32,000 nucleotides of DNA, taken from the NCBI RefSeq assembly GCF_000219175.1, contig NC_015735.1:30001-62000 (forward strand). The letters run 5' to 3'. This DNA comes from Candidatus Moranella endobia PCIT (lineage in GTDB: Bacteria > Pseudomonadota > Gammaproteobacteria > Enterobacterales > Enterobacteriaceae). The position numbers were made by a program, and so were the translations under genes. Below are positions 30,657-32,000 of the stretch, in pieces (the stretch's first letter is position 1; each line of letters starts with the position of its first letter). Under the pieces are notes generated by a model. The model was not told where the DNA came from, made no database searches, and saw only the letters and a list, made by a program, of their open reading frames with translations.

Positions 30657-30965
30657 CTAGCGGTGGCAGATAATCATACTGATCAATAATCGGCAATTAT
30701 AACAATTGCTCACCAAAAAGCCGGCAATAGCAATGGTAACAAAAACTAAGCAACCATGATCTTCGTCAGAAGCCATCGATGCCTAGTCTATTTATCAGCT
30801 TTCTGATTGAAAATTAATCAACAAGTAGCCTAAATTAGATAAATTCTACAATACTGTCAAAAAAATAACATGCGAGTTTTTATTGGAAAGTGGCGTTAAC
30901 AACCACCGCAGAAGCATTTCTGCGCAGTTGTTGCTTTTAGTATTTTTTGGTTCTTTGATGATCAT
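30657..30965 (-). pseudogene. slmA: Nucleoid occlusion factor SlmA pseudogene, about half the ancestral length
   Basis: Directly downstream of dut, as in E. coli. (M)IIKEPKNTKSNNCAEMLLRWLL compares with [22 protein letters not shown], and ATFQ*K..FFDSIVEFI*FRLL compares with [22 protein letters not shown]. The HTH region is largely deleted, with stops and frameshifts throughout. Confidence 0.55.
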
Positions 30966-31024
30966 CACTACCTGAACAATCACTATCCATAATGTGGATA
31001 TACCACAGTCCAAATTGTGAGTTA

Positions 31025-31483
31025 CTATTGTCGACCAGAGTGGCCAAAGCCACTTTCGTTACGTTCGCTGATATTAATGAAGGAGTTAACTAAGTTAAAT
31101 GTAGCCTGCACAATTGGTATAAAGACCATTTGTGCTATTCGATCCCCTGGTTCAACGATAAAAATTTCTTGGCCGCGATTCCATACTGATACCATTAATG
31201 GTCCTTGGTAGTCCGAATCAATCAGTCCAATCATATTTCCCAGGACAATACCGTGCTTATGACCCAGACCGGAACGCGGCATAATCACTGCTGCCAGATT
31301 GGGATCGGCAATGTGAATTGCTAGCCCAGTCGGCAGAAGGTGAGTCTCTCCTGGTGCTAGTACCAACGGTTCATCGATACAAGCACGTAAATCAAGACCA
31401 GCAGATCCTCTGGTAGCGTAAGCAGGAAGCGGAAAACAATCGCCAAATCGTCGATCAAGTATCTTAACGTCGATGTTGTTCAT
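31025..31483 (-). CDS. dut: dUTP diphosphatase
   Basis: 152 aa. [28 protein letters not shown]...[25 protein letters not shown]...GFGHSGRQ is collinear with E. coli Dut. Confidence 0.95.
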   Translation of the reverse strand: MNNIDVKILDRRFGDCFPLPAYATRGSAGLDLRACIDEPLVLAPGETHLLPTGLAIHIADPNLAAVIMPRSGLGHKHGIVLGNMIGLIDSDYQGPLMVSVWNRGQEIFIVEPGDRIAQMVFIPIVQATFNLVNSFINISERNESGFGHSGRQ

Positions 31484-31499
31484 AATATATTCTGCAAAG

Positions 31500-32000
31500 T
31501 AAGAAGAAATAAAAATTAGCTTTGGTTAAGATGTCTACCTATAGCATACAATCATAAATAATATCAGACTACTGCTCCTCCATAACCAAGTAAAATGGAC
31601 TGTAACATGGCGAAAACAATTGTTATCATCTTGCTATTGCTGATGAACAGTACAAAATCAATTACAATAATTTATTATGTCACTGTAATCAACAATGTAA
31701 TCGGCTGTTAGCAGCGAAATATAGCACATATTCGTTTGTTTATGATGTTAAACCACCCATAAACAACAAATGTAGCAGCTACAAATAGCTGGTAAAGGTC
31801 CCATAACCAGATCTTTATCGTTGGTGGGATGCATAGGCGCTGTGACCAATGGTTTCTTTTTCCGCAAATATTATGTATGCTACTATTTAATGTTTAAATG
31901 TTAGGCGTAGCTTTTTAGATGAACAACATTTGCATATTATATCTTTTGGAAGACACTACGAAATAAAAATTTGCGAGCATAAATTAGCTATAATAGGCGG
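31500..32000 (-). pseudogene. coaBC: Phosphopantothenoylcysteine synthetase/decarboxylase (CoaBC/Dfp) pseudogene. Only the 3' part is visible; it continues past the right window edge.
   Basis: Five collinear local matches occur in shifting minus frames, upstream of dut as in E. coli: VAYIIFAEK (VADYRAATVAPEK); NDKDLVMGP (KNPDIVAGV); EYVLYFAAN (PYVVGFAAE); VHFTW (LHLFW); [13 protein letters not shown] (KELLGQLLLDEIV). Many stops. Confidence 0.5.

Noticed and set aside
30657-30776. A 39-codon hydrophobic minus-strand ORF (MASDEDHGCLVFVTIAIAGFLVSNCYNCRLLISMIICHR) just upstream of the speG relic. It is superficially like a type I toxin or a small membrane protein.
   Set aside because: It sits at the 3' end of the slmA relic, loosely collinear with the SlmA C-terminal region (..[20 protein letters not shown]..). 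It has only a weak Shine-Dalgarno and no antisense-RNA features. Most likely it is a pseudogene fragment.
30898-30948. A strong-looking plus-strand intrinsic terminator or sRNA 3' end: AACAACCACCGCAGAA-gcat-TTCTGCGCAGTTGTT followed by GCTTTTAGTATTTTTT, with possible promoter motifs about 100 nt upstream.
   Set aside because: It lies inside the slmA relic on the opposite strand. The T-run is the complement of the conserved Lys/Asn-rich N-terminal codons (PKNTKS; compare E. coli SlmA EKQTAKRN), and the stem is formed by adjacent relic codons. There is no independent support for a plus-strand transcript, and I could match no known sRNA.
31609-31713. A 34-codon plus-strand ORF (MAKTIVIILLLLMNSTKS...) upstream of dut.
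   Set aside because: It lies antisense within the coaBC relic, has no Shine-Dalgarno, and its hydrophobic run comes from AT-rich codons. Most likely spurious.

Overview
This window looks like an ordinary core-chromosome segment from a genome-reduced gamma-proteobacterium of the Enterobacterales (insect-endosymbiont style). I cannot name the organism from sequence alone. I found no defence system, CRISPR array, IS element, integrase, prophage or other novel multi-gene system.

I count 25 apparently intact housekeeping CDS: hemC (partial), a 38-codon lptM/yifL-like lipoprotein ORF that falls below the track cutoff, uvrD, cysS, hspQ, uppP, cca, grxD, rnt, fabI, ppa, ybaL, dapA, trxA, rho, lpoB, hinT, gapA, a cspA-family gene, trpS, rsmA, pdxA, surA, lptD and dut. 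There are also five tRNA genes: Arg-UCU, plus an Arg-CCG/His/Leu/Pro operon.

The long AT-rich spacers are largely eroded gene relics sitting in their ancestral E. coli-like neighbourhoods:
- Clear: folD and speG.
- Probable: folB, slmA, coaBC and rhlB.
- Weak: gloA, rlmI and cyaY.

Points worth a second look:
- Two folate-related genes (folD, folB) and coaBC are decayed.
- The hemC-uvrD interval has collapsed, so cyaA, dapF and xerC are missing from that locus.
- A minimal lptM is retained alongside an lptD that keeps all four cysteines.
- Both tRNA-Arg genes have lost the encoded CCA (they read TCA), while cca and rnt remain intact.
- The speG relic's stop overlaps the lptD start as ATGA.
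- A perfect 30-bp palindrome sits at a junction between two relics.
- The cspA-like gene has a long structured leader.

All homology calls come from by-eye translation compared with remembered E. coli K-12 protein sequences. No search was run.
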